A stretch of 61,834 nucleotides of DNA, the filler included, from Rhabdomonas costata (Eukaryota), in the NCBI GenBank assembly GCA_019059605.1. It is 10 parts of 10 records of this genome, joined end to end, with 100 filler letters (N's around TTAATTAATTAA, not from the genome) between each part and the next. Parts side by side here need not be neighbours in the genome. Positions count along the whole stretch, not along the records: positions 12,267 to 18,166 come from JAHMHO010000030.1; positions 18,267 to 24,170 come from JAHMHO010000031.1; 8 more parts are not named here. One strand, given 5' to 3'. A program made the position numbers and the translations under genes. Shown piece by piece: positions 12,523 to 23,134 of this stretch. Each line of letters begins with the position of its first letter. Position 1 is the first letter of the stretch. Under the pieces are notes generated by a model. It searched no databases, was not told where the DNA came from, and saw nothing but the letters and a program-made list of their open reading frames with translations.

Positions 12523-15500
12523 GCCATTGCGGCCACGGCGATATGCAACATGGCTGGGGACCCTAGTGAGACGGCGATCCGGTCCGCGATTCGCAGCCGG
12601 GTCACAGTATTCCCCTTCCTGGGGCTGACCGTGAACAACCGCAACCCCATGGTCCTGAACGCCGCAGCGGGAGGGTTCTCCATCGTCCTCTCCTCAGATG
12701 CAGAGGTCTGCCTCTGCGCGGCAGAGTGCGCGTCCCCCCATTGTGCACGTATGTGTGGTGTACAGATATCGGTGTTGTTGGATTGCCACGACCTTCGGGC
12801 CGCGTGCGAAGGACAATGCCCTTTATTACCTTTGCTGGTATTTTTGGCATATATACCACACTTACCTACCGACGTTTTGGGGCCTTTATTCCATGGCCAT
12901 CACCTAGCCCCTTCGTAGTGGTTTCTGGAGTGTTTCCTTCACTTTCCTCTCGGTGCTGTTCTTGCAATACACAGACCCTTTATTCTTCTCTGCCCTTCTC
13001 TGCTTTCAGTTTCTGCACACCGTGCACACCCACGGCGTGTCTGCCTTTGTTGCGCTGCTGTTCGCGGATGACCCCAGAGCCCTGCAGTACGCCGTGGAAC
13101 GGTCTGTGTGCCTTTCAGCCTCTCGACCCAACACACACCCGATATTTAAAATTTCTGGTGTGCGAAATGTCTGAGTGGCAATTGACCTTAGGGTTGGGCG
13201 GTGTAGAGCAGCAAAGGTTACCAGTGGTCAACTGTCACCAGTCCGGTCCCTGCAAGAAGAATACCTCGTACCCCCACTGATGTTCTCCGACTCATCCACC
13301 CTAACCTGAATGTCCTCCACCCCTGAAACTATGGGCTGCTTCGCATGAACAGGTGAGATTTTTGCATATCCAATTTTAAAATGTAAATTGTTTTAGTCTA
13401 ACTCCAGAGGGTTATGCGTCGCATTTGGGACAGCGACTTTTGACTTTCTTCCTGTCCTCATCCTTCACACCTCGCTCACGCCCCTGGCTACCTCCTTTTG
13501 GTTTTTGCCCCAACACCGAACTGTGGCGTAATCGGGTTCAATGAATGGTTTGTGTTGATCCTGGCAGCTCTAGCAGGTCTAGCTATGCAGCAGTTTGATT
13601 TTCTTGCTCAACATGAGAGGCGTTCGACAAACTCGGATTTTACCTGTCGTTTCTGTCCGCATCTCGGCGCGCAGGCTTCGGAATCTGGCTGCGGTGCGGT
13701 TTGCATGCTCCCTCTGCACCACGTGCATCACCTCAACGCGGTGGCACTGCCATCAGGTTTGTCCGGAAACGGGCAATGCGGTTCCTTCTTTCTTCGGGAT
13801 CTAAAACCGTTTTTAACCGCCTGCCATGTCCCAATGCAGTCCCACCTGCCTTTGCCCAACCAAGGTGGGAGTTTAGGGAGTTTAGGGAGTTTAGGATCAC
13901 CGTAATTTGGGACCACTGTAAATAATAACCCCCCTCCATATACCATTTACCATTTACCATTAACCAGTTACTTCTCTCACTCTTCCCCAAATGCCTCCCT
14001 TCTCTCTTGGCTATTATCCGCTCTTCACTGTTTTCGTTGTGTCCTCACGCGTGTCGTAATCCCTCTTATTCCGTTTTTCGTAGACCTCCCTTTGTTGTAC
14101 CATGAAATCTCCCCGTGTGAATATATTGTTCTTGCTGTGACGCCCATCCTTTCTTCTTTTTGGTGTCTCTTGTTCTCCTCCGCCATGGCGCTTTTGTGCT
14201 TTGTGCCGCTTTGGACGCTGGAGAAATCGAAATGATAAAATTAGCATTCGAATATTAATGATATCCCGTTAAAATGCAGGGCTCCTCTCCTCACCTCTCT
14301 AAAACGTTCTTCGTTGGGGACAAGACAGGCCGTCTGTGTTGGAAGTCAGTTTCGAAGGCAACCTGAAGTTGAATACAAACGGTTGCCATCCGGAATCCGG
14401 GATCAGTGCGTGTTTTTCACGTTATCACACCGCCTTCACCCCTCCACCGCGCAGTGTGAGGACTGGGACAGCTGCGACCTGTGCCACCAGAGCAGCACCC
14501 ATCCCCCGCACTGCCCCACTCACGAGGTCACCCCTTTCGAGTGCGACTTCCGCAAGCCCATCGTGGAGTCCGGTGCCCCACCGCGGCTGGCCTCCCTGGT
14601 GTGCCCCCGTCCCCCTAGCACACCGTTTTTCATCGTGGAGCTCAACCCCAAAAGCAAACACGAGCACTCTCCATTTACACAGACACACCTAAAAGGACTG
14701 CCGTTTTGGGGTGGGTATAGCGACCTGCGCGGCGAAGGGTTGTTCCGTGCCAGTTTTGTGAAGGCCCCACGCCATACCCACCATCCCTTCCCCTCCGAAC
14801 AAAGGTGTGCACCGCAATACTCCCGTAGGGTATGTCCATTGAGAGGCTTCAGGTCATTGCCAAATGAGCCCTGTAAAGAAGGTCTCCGTCAAGTGACCCC
14901 ATTGTCGCCTAGCCTTTGCAAAATAATTATGCTGTGATACGTCTGCCAGTGTTGTCTGCGATGCGCTGTGGTGAGGTTGGGCTGGTGAATAAGCATGGGA
15001 TTGGGCTTTTGCAGGCGCTGTCCCACTTCCCCCCCAAAGACGCGGCGGCCAGCGCCCTGGTGCAGAGCGCACTGGAGGTGCTGGCCATTCTCTCCGAGGA
15101 GGTCTGGGTGCCCCCTCCCCTGCTCCCTCCGGTTCTTCCGTGTGGCGGATTCATTTTGAAGGCAACGGACCATCAATAACTCGGCCACTTGGGCCCTCCT
15201 CCTGTTGGCTGCAGATTGCTGACACCTTGGCAACTGTGAATCCGAACCACAGTGAGAAGATGACGCTCATCGTTTTGTCTTCTTGAGGAACTGATTTGGG
15301 GTTTGAATGCAGTGCATTCTTGGGTTGCTTTGCGCATATGCTGGGGTCATTATGAGTTTATCCCCTCCCTCGCTTCCTCCTTTTTATCTTTATTTAGGAA
15401 CTTGCACGGTACGGGATGCTGGACGACGCCGTCCTAAACATGGTCCGTCTGGTGCTCACCTCCCGCGGAGACGGTCATCCGAAGTTCTCGGTGTGTGGAT

Positions 15501-17166
15501 CTTTGGGATGCTCTTTGTGTGGCACATGCGCCCTTCCTGGTGGATGTATAGCACTGCTTACCCGAGCATGGTCCTTTCCATGGAAGATCCCAACTCAGCC
15601 GCCCGCTCCAGCCACAGCTCGCCTTTGCGACTTTGACGTCCGATTTTAAAATAAACCTGACCTCCCTTGTTCGCCTGAGTCCAGCAACAGAAAATAACGT
15701 CGACAAAAAATCCACAAGATCCAAAATTGTGTTGTTTGGCGGTGAATGGGTGAATTGGTGAATGGGTGACGCCCGGTTTTTTGTGCAGACCTTGTGGGTG
15801 CCGTAAACCTTCGGCGGCATAAGATTTAAGGAAAGAGCCGCCAAGGGGCACGGGTGGGTACCGGCCTGAGCGTGCAAGGACCGGCCACATAGCGTATCGA
15901 GAGGCCCACTGTATATACAAAAGACCCCGGGCCTGCTTCTGCTTCGCTCTCTCGAAAAAAAAATTGAATATTGTGAAGAAAAAACACCCCACTGAATTAA
16001 AATACACTTGCATTCCATCATTGACCTTCAACGCACACGGATTAGGTTGTCTGCCTCCTGTTTTCCCGTCAATCATGTGATGCTTTACCCTTTAAAAAAA
16101 GGGCGGAGTGGCGAAGCAGCACTGCCTGACCATTTTGGCCAACCTCTCCGACCTGGACTCCAACCGCGAGAGCCTGGCTCAGCGTGGGCTGTTGAAGGTG
16201 CTGCTGCCTTTCCTTCAGAGCGCCTCTCTGGCGCTGCAGAGGGATGCCGCGCGGGCCGTCGGCAACCTCGCCGCGATCTCTGGCAGCGACGGTACGCGTT
16301 TGCGCAGCACGAGCCCGCACGTATTTTAACAATCATTGCTTGGCGGAGAGTCACCTCCAGAGGCAGGGAAGCTTCCAGCAAAACTTCATTCAGAATCTGC
16401 GCCCCCTTTACTTGTCGACTTCCCATTGTCATGATGGATTGAAATTGTTTGAAACCAAAAGTGTTCAATGAATTCCTGCTTTGGAGAAATGCTATTGGGG
16501 AGGGGGCACCCATCTGTCTTGTCTGCTGATTTGGAACCAGCACCAATCGGCAAAAAGAGTTCGGCTCAGAATATGTGCCCCCTGTAGTTGGCAGCTTCCC
16601 ATTGTCATGATGATCATCGTGACTTCGGATCGCGCCTGCTCACCTCAGGGATTCCTGTGCTGCTCTCCTCGGAGGGTGCTCTTGGAACATTCCTCACGGT
16701 GGCGTACAGCGATGACCGCCTAGTACGGCTCGCCGTGGCACAGTGCCTGCACAGCCTGGTAAAGCTGCCGATTGCCGAGGTACCCGGCGTGTGTGCTGCG
16801 CCCCACCAGGCACAGAGTCATAGGCGCATGCCTTGAATGAATTGATACCAAAGCAGCGTGGTGCAACGGCCCAATTTTTCTTGCTCTGGCATTTTTTGCA
16901 TCCTTGTCTTGCCAAAGCGATTACAGACAGATGAGACAGAGTATGTTCAGCTCTGCACACCACCCTTGGGGAGTGTAAGTGATTAATGGGTTTGGTGTTG
17001 GGATGCGGTGCCGGTTGTGGCCTCTTTTCTGTTGCGCTGCGTTTTTCAGTTTCCGTCGCACCGTCTTTTTTTTCCTTTGTACAGATCTCCACAACTATGC
17101 TGGAGAGCGGTGCCCTGGACCGCCTGTTCTACTACCTCAGTGAGAGAAACTTCCCGATTGTGGTCC
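12523..17166 (+). CDS. Armadillo-repeat protein with an embedded ZZ-type zinc finger, partial. Exons 12523-12705, 13010-13101, 13675-13756, 14455-14598, 15015-15101, 15398-15490, ~16102-16291, 16649-16779, 17085-17166
   Basis: Phase-consistent GT-AG chain. ARM-like helices: IVESGAPPRLASL, LTILANLS..DSNRESLAQRGLLKVLLPFL, QRDAARAVGNLA, MLESGALDRL. ZZ motif CSLCTTCITSTRWHCHQ|CEDWDSCDLCHQSSTH...H. Confidence 0.75.
16390..16612. repeat. Degenerate 47-bp direct repeat within an intron (16390-16436 and 16566-16612)
   Basis: TCAGAAT.TG.GCCCC.T.TA.TTG....CTTCCCATTGTCATGATG is present twice. Confidence 0.7.
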
Positions 17167-17460
17167 GTAAGTGATTGCATATCCCTACGAAGTGAAAAGT
17201 GCATGTCATGTACCCGCCAGTGAAAGACGGGGAAGATTCAGAGCAAACGTGGAGCATGGAATGGAGAGATTCAAACCCTAACATACGCTCTTTAACTCGT
17301 AACCCAATTCGAAGTGGGGACATCGTTTTTTTCTTGAAGCGCTTAGGCTCAGCATTCTAGTGACCAAATGACTGTGTTGAGAGCTGGGAGAGGTGCAGGG
17401 TTATTTTCTGTTGGATCTCTTTGTTCGCTTTTCTTCCCTCCTTCCTTCCCTATTTCCCAG

Positions 17461-18155
17461 GACTCGGAGCCACCGTATACGAGATGTACTGCGGGTCCCC
17501 GCCGTACTCCGGGATATCCAACCCCTTTGCCGTGATGTTTCGGATCGTGAAGTCAGGTTTGGTGGCGCTTCATCATCAGCGCGCATTGACAATTTCGTCT
17601 TTCGGATGCCTAGAAACGACCAGAAGACTGGGACATGAGCGCAACATCAGCTTGCCCACGTTGCGGCGCGACTCACCACGCTGCTGCACATACGCCCACC
17701 CAACGACTTGCTCGTTCAACCTCTTTGTCTCCCACGGCTACTTCGCTATTGCTTGAGTTGTATTCGTATGATTTGGCTGTGTTTTGAGTTGATTTCTCTG
17801 AAAAAGCATTGCCGTCGTACGTTTTCTTGGTCGTAGCACCGTCCGGAAAAAAGCTTGCCTCCCATTCCATTGTTCTGCATGCTGCTTTCGGTGAGATTAG
17901 CCTTACCTCTGGGAAACCACTCCCCAACCAGTCCTCGAGATCGAAACATGAGATGCACTGCTGAGCTGCTCAGCAGAGTGAGTTCACACCTTTCACCTTA
18001 ACACACACGTACGCTCTCTCTGTGTCCTCCTCTGCTCAGGTCCGCCGACCATCCCTGACCGTGTCTCCGCAGACGCCCGGGACTTCCTGGAGCAATGCTT
18101 CCAGCCCAACCCCGTGCAGCGCCCCACGGCGCTGGAGCTGCTGCAGCACCCCTTC
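17461..18155 (+). CDS. Ser/Thr protein kinase (STE/MAP3K-like), subdomains IX-XI only. Exons 17461-17556, 18040-~18155
   Basis: LGATVYEMYCGSPPYSGISNPFAVMFRIVKS|GPPTIPDRVSADARDFLEQCFQPNPVQRPTALELLQHPF. Confidence 0.85.
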
Positions 18156-19174
18156 TCCACCCACACNNNNNNNNNNNNNNNNNNNNNNNNNNNNNNNNNN
18201 NNNNNNNNNNTTAATTAATTAANNNNNNNNNNNNNNNNNNNNNNNNNNNNNNNNNNNNNNNNNNNNTGTGTGTGGGCTGCAATCTTCGTGTTAGTACGAC
18301 TTCACTTATATTCTTCTTCGCACGCTCATTTTTCCTTTGGACACGTGGGAATATTGCGGTAACACACTGCTTCCACTTGCAGCATAAGACGAAAAGAACA
18401 CTTCAGTTTTCCTCGGGTAAGTTCTGGTTGCTGCTGCTGCTGCTGCTGCTGTTGTTGTTGTTGTTACAAAAGTGAAGCAGACCAAAATTGGAACAGCAGT
18501 CAGCACTGTTTGCTGTTTGTTCGAAAGGAAAACGCAATGATTTGCAGCTGACTATACTTTAATGTTCTGCAAACTGTAAGACAGACTGTAGGCAAGCACA
18601 GGGGGGGGGGGTGAAGGCAATACAAGTGGCTGGGCGAGAGGCTGCTGACCAGTTTCCAGTTTCGAAGAAAAGGGAGCAGCACGCCAGGTGAAGCAAATAT
18701 ATTGCGACTCGGTAGGGCTGGGAGCAAACACGGCCGGAAGCATTCTGTTTTCAGGAGTGTGCCGAAACTTCAGTTTTAACCAAAAAAAATATTTGGCAAA
18801 AAGAAAAAGCCCAATCGTGGGAAATGAGCTGGGTCCTTTGTTTCCATAGCCGCCTCTTCAGCTGGGCTTTGAGTGAAACGTTGGCATTCCCCTTTCCTCC
18901 ACGTACGTCTGTTCCACTCAAAAATCTCCTGCTGCGATCGAAAGCAAGGAAGGAAACAGAAACGGAAATAATATTTAAACGCTTTTTTTGTGGGGGGGCT
19001 TGTTTTTTCTTTTGAAAGCTCGCTTTGGGTCGTCGCACCCCCGGCCCTTAATCACTGCGAGCTTGTTCAATGCCACCGGAATTGGATATTTAAACGCTGA
19101 CAAACTGCTCGTCTCATTACGGAACAAAAGTGCATGCCTTTTGTTTTTACAGGTTCACTTTTGTGGTGTTTTAG

Positions 19175-20641
19175 GTGTCCCCCATCGTTGAGGCAAGGCG
19201 TGGAAAGCTCTCGGACTACTTTGCGAGAACCCGCTCCCTGATAGAAGCGCTTTGGATCGAGTTAGACATCCCTCAACCAGAACAGGATAAGGTTAAGCAG
19301 GCCCACTTCTTCCCCGAGAGGGTGGGCAACTACCGCCACATCAACACTGAAATACAGCGCCTTACCGCGCGTCGGGACCAGCGGGCTCAACTGATACGTT
19401 TGATTGAGCAACGGGAAGCGGTTGTTGCTGAGATTTTAAGTGTTTCCAAAGCCGTAAACCTCCAGGATGGATCTGTGCGGCAAAAGTTAGTGGTGACCTC
19501 GCTTGTGGACCTTCTGCTGGGAATGCGGAGGCTGACCTGCCGGATTGTGAAGGATATAGTTGCGCTTCGGGAAAGCGAGCGTCCTGCACGACCTTTCATT
19601 TGGAGGGGTCAGAATTACATGCTGAAGATCCGAGAGGATCTCCGCCCGCTGGAGGGCAGTGCTTTGGGTCAAGCTCTGGCCTGTACCTTTCAGAACAACC
19701 CTTTCGTTCTGCCGGGGCGGGGCATGAGCGCCTCCAGGGGATTGACAGCGAACCAGCTGATCAAAGAACGGGCCTCATTGGACGTCGGTGCATACACGTC
19801 AAAACGGCCTGCTTTCGATGCTTTCTCAATTCCGAACAGTCCCAATTTTGACTGCAATCAGTTGCTTGGAGATGACGCCCATCAGTTGCGTGACTGGGCG
19901 TTACAGCGAACATCCGCTCTTTCCCAGGCTTATGAGACGCGAGCCAGCGTTGAAAACGATGTGCCTTCTGCGCCCGATATCAGCCCCGCGGATTTTGCCC
20001 GAGGGCGCATGAGCGCTGCCGACTTTTCTCCACGAGGGTTTACAACACCTTTCCCTGAGAGAAAACTTGGATCCATGATGATGATGCGCCCTAATTCAAC
20101 CCTGCCTGTTGGTCGTCCTCGTGGCTCCCAAGTGAAGACTTCCTTGCAGAACTCCGCAGAATATCCGCCCAGCTCGTTTCCCCCGAAAAGTCATGAGGCT
20201 CAGCAGTGCCACGTGAGGGAGTTTTTGCGCAGTGCTCTCTCTGCCGAGCAGCGTCGAGGAGCTGGCATTTCAATGTTGGGCACAGATCGTTCTTCCTCTG
20301 GGCGATCGAAACCGTTCCCGAACTTCGGGTCAGAACTGCGTCTCCGTCAAGATAATGGGGACATCCCTTTTCTGAGCCACATCAGCGTTTCTGCGGGACC
20401 TGATTTGGCAGAAATGCTTCTAAGCGAGGGAATCATCTTTTGCGAGGAGGAATTTCTGCACAGCCAGGGTGTATACGACAGGCAGGTTTCTGCGGCATCA
20501 AAGATCCAAGCCTTTTACCGGCGCTACTCCAGAAGGGTTCACTGTGTCGCAAGAACGCGCAGGATCCAGAAAGAGCGCGTGGCAAAAGCGTGGATCGCCC
20601 TATGCAACAGCCTTGTGAATCCAAACACGTACAGTCAATGA
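19175..20641 (+). CDS. Large terminal exon of a coiled-coil protein with a CCDC87/MAP65-like region and a C-terminal IQ motif
   Basis: 488-codon ORF starting right after a TTTAG acceptor. Contains LIEALWIELDIP...PFIWRGQNYMLKIREDL and the IQ-like AASKIQAFYRRYSRR. Start codon not found. Confidence 0.65.
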   Translation: MSPIVEARRGKLSDYFARTRSLIEALWIELDIPQPEQDKVKQAHFFPERVGNYRHINTEIQRLTARRDQRAQLIRLIEQREAVVAEILSVSKAVNLQDGSVRQKLVVTSLVDLLLGMRRLTCRIVKDIVALRESERPARPFIWRGQNYMLKIREDLRPLEGSALGQALACTFQNNPFVLPGRGMSASRGLTANQLIKERASLDVGAYTSKRPAFDAFSIPNSPNFDCNQLLGDDAHQLRDWALQRTSALSQAYETRASVENDVPSAPDISPADFARGRMSAADFSPRGFTTPFPERKLGSMMMMRPNSTLPVGRPRGSQVKTSLQNSAEYPPSSFPPKSHEAQQCHVREFLRSALSAEQRRGAGISMLGTDRSSSGRSKPFPNFGSELRLRQDNGDIPFLSHISVSAGPDLAEMLLSEGIIFCEEEFLHSQGVYDRQVSAASKIQAFYRRYSRRVHCVARTRRIQKERVAKAWIALCNSLVNPNTYSQ

Positions 20642-21460
20642 AAGCGGCAAAACTTCCAGCATGCTGAATGTGATGAATGTTTTCGCACCTGTGGGTATAC
20701 ATCGTAATCCTGGGTGTATGTGATTTCAGTTGTTGTCTTCGCTTTGAAAAGCAGCTGCGTATTTTGTGGAATACTCCCTGCTTGTCCACCCCTGACCTAC
20801 CCTGACCTACCCCTGACCCTAATGACGCGATATTAGTTCAAATTGTGTGTGTTACTGTTGGTGCCATAGTCGAGCATCTTGTGGGCAATTTTGTCCGAAT
20901 AAATAGACTGTTCTTTGAGTCCTCCTGGAGACAACACCAGCGAGCAAGGAAAGTGACGGTGCTAGAAAGAATTTGAGAGAGGACTGTTCTTCTCTTTCTG
21001 TGGTGGTTGTTCTTTCGTCTCACTCAAGCGTGCACGCGAGGCGAGAAAGAAGAACAAAAGGGAACCTCGTCAGTGAAACAAAACTGCACATGACAGCGAT
21101 GTAACAAAGCGTCACAAGCGCTGGTTTCTGCCCCCGGTCCACACACAAACCCTACCCGCACCCAACCACCTTACATCGTCGTGCTACTACTCACGGTCAC
21201 CTCCTCAAGGCGGGAGCTTCTAGTACTCACAGTCCCGCCCATGCTGCCCATTGTTTCGCTGACGGGGCCGCAGCACCGCTTTTTTTCACAGGCGGGGGGG
21301 AGCCGAAAATGCTATTAAAAATTTTCAAACTGATGGAACGGACGTATGGATTCCGTGTGTACCCGCAAGAGCTGGAGAATATCACTGGCTCATTGGTTAC
21401 CGTGTTCTGTGTTCAAAACAGACAGCCCGGTAGCCTTTCTATTTTTCTTGATCTCTATAA

Positions 21461-23134
21461 ATGCAATTTTGGCGATCCTCGCGGGGGAGCTCCTTCGCTC
21501 TGACCGCCTTAGGGGCGTGGGCTTCCCTTCTTCTGTACGGCCTGGTCACAGAGCAGCTGCAAGGGCTCTCCTCAGAGCATCGCCTTCAGCCCACCATCGT
21601 TGTGCTGGTGTCGGCGCTTTTCAGCGCGGCAGTCGCCACCGCCACTCATCGCTGGGAGGGTCACTCTGGGATAACCCCTCCTTTGCTTCCCTTTCGAACC
21701 ATGGCGATGATCTCGGGTGCTTATTTTCTGTGCCACACCTTTGGCCAGGCCTCACTGAAGACATCATCTTCCCTCTGCAGGTGCTTCATTCACGACTCTA
21801 TTTTGGGCGAAGTGTCGTACCGATGACTGCTTTTGTTTGCTTGTATATGCAGTGCGGCCGCCACGGTAGCAGTAATAGGTGAAGAGGAGGGTTAGGGCCG
21901 GGCAAGAGTTTTCCGGTAAACGAAGAGCGGGGTTAGGGAATGGCAGCCGAAAGGGGGGGTTTGTAGCGGGAGGTCGGATGGTGGCAGGCTGAGAGGGTGG
22001 TGCCAGGAAGCTGCGGCCGATTTCTGAAATTAGTCTTTATGTTATGTACATCCCTTTGGGGCGGCTGGGCTGAGGCAGACAGTGCCAGACTCTTTTCCTG
22101 AAACAGGTTGTGGTGAAGTCCTGCAAGTCCATACCCGTGCTCCTGGGAGGTTTATTGCTGGCCCGAAATTCCTATACGTGGCCTGAGATTCTGCTCACCG
22201 TTGCTCTGTCGGTCTCAGTGGCCGCTTTCAGCATGGGCGGCTCTGTGACTTTTAAGCACTCCAGCGCCTCGGAACCTCACGGCTTGAAGGCCGAAACGCC
22301 GTCTGCACTCCTGGGTCTCCTGTTGGCGTCGCTCTCGTTGGTGTGCGATGGGATCTACGGACCTTTGCAGGTCTGTTCACCGTGCATACCGTATTTTGTG
22401 CAAATCAAGCCTTTTCTCTTGGTGTTTTCTGGTGCTGCTCATTGCTCATGCTCTGCAGCGCATTTCTCTATTTTTGCTTCGGTTTCTGGTGTATTTTTCC
22501 ATCAGGACAAGCTCAGCCGGGAGGTCCGCCCCACTGCTGTGCAGCTGATGTTCAACGTGCACGTTTGGGAGAGTCTCTGGGCGGCAGTGGCGTCCCCCTT
22601 TCTCGGCGCGGGCACCGTCTCGGCTTGGGCCGTACTGTGGCGCCAGCCTGCTGTGTTGGCCGCTCTGGCAGCGTCGTGCCTGCTGATGTCTATGGGGCAA
22701 AGCTTTTTATTCAGGCTGCAGGTATGCAGCAGCCCCCTCTACCCACTCTTCGTTACTCGCGAAGTGAAGTGTGTGTGGCCGAGTACATGAGTGCATCACC
22801 TGAAATTTTGTCCACTGGGCAGTGCACAAGGAAGTTGAGCATTTCCGGCACAGCGCAGCACACCGCCGCCTTTGGAGTAGATTCGGTGTGGATTTTTGTT
22901 GTAAGGGGGCTTGCTTTGTCGCACGACCCATCTCCACAGGTACAGCACGGCAGTCTGGTGGTGAGTCTGGTCACCACAGGTCGCAAGATGCTCACCGTGT
23001 TCCTGAGCACGCTGTGGTTCGAGCACTCCTTCACATGGGTGCAGTGGGCCGCGGTCTTCGGCGTCTTCGGTGCTCTGGCCGCGCAAACTCAGCAGCTGCC
23101 GTTCCAAGGCGAAGCCCATGGGCTGCAACCATAG
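21461..23134 (+). CDS. UAA-family nucleotide-sugar transporter (SLC35B1/UTr1-like). Exons 21461-21780 (frameshift near 21760), 22107-22370, 22506-22721, 22940-23134
   Basis: FPLQ|VVVKSCKSIPVLLGG, SLVCDGIYGPLQ|DKL, MGQSFLF, HGSLVVSLVTTGRKMLTVFLS..WF.H....QW are all SLC35B motifs. Confidence 0.85.

Noticed and set aside
20790-20822. Telomere-like short repeats (CCCTGACCTA/CCCTAA; also TTTAGGGAG x3 near 13870 and GGTAAGG near 8502)
   Set aside because: Only 2-4 degenerate units at internal positions; ordinary simple repeats.
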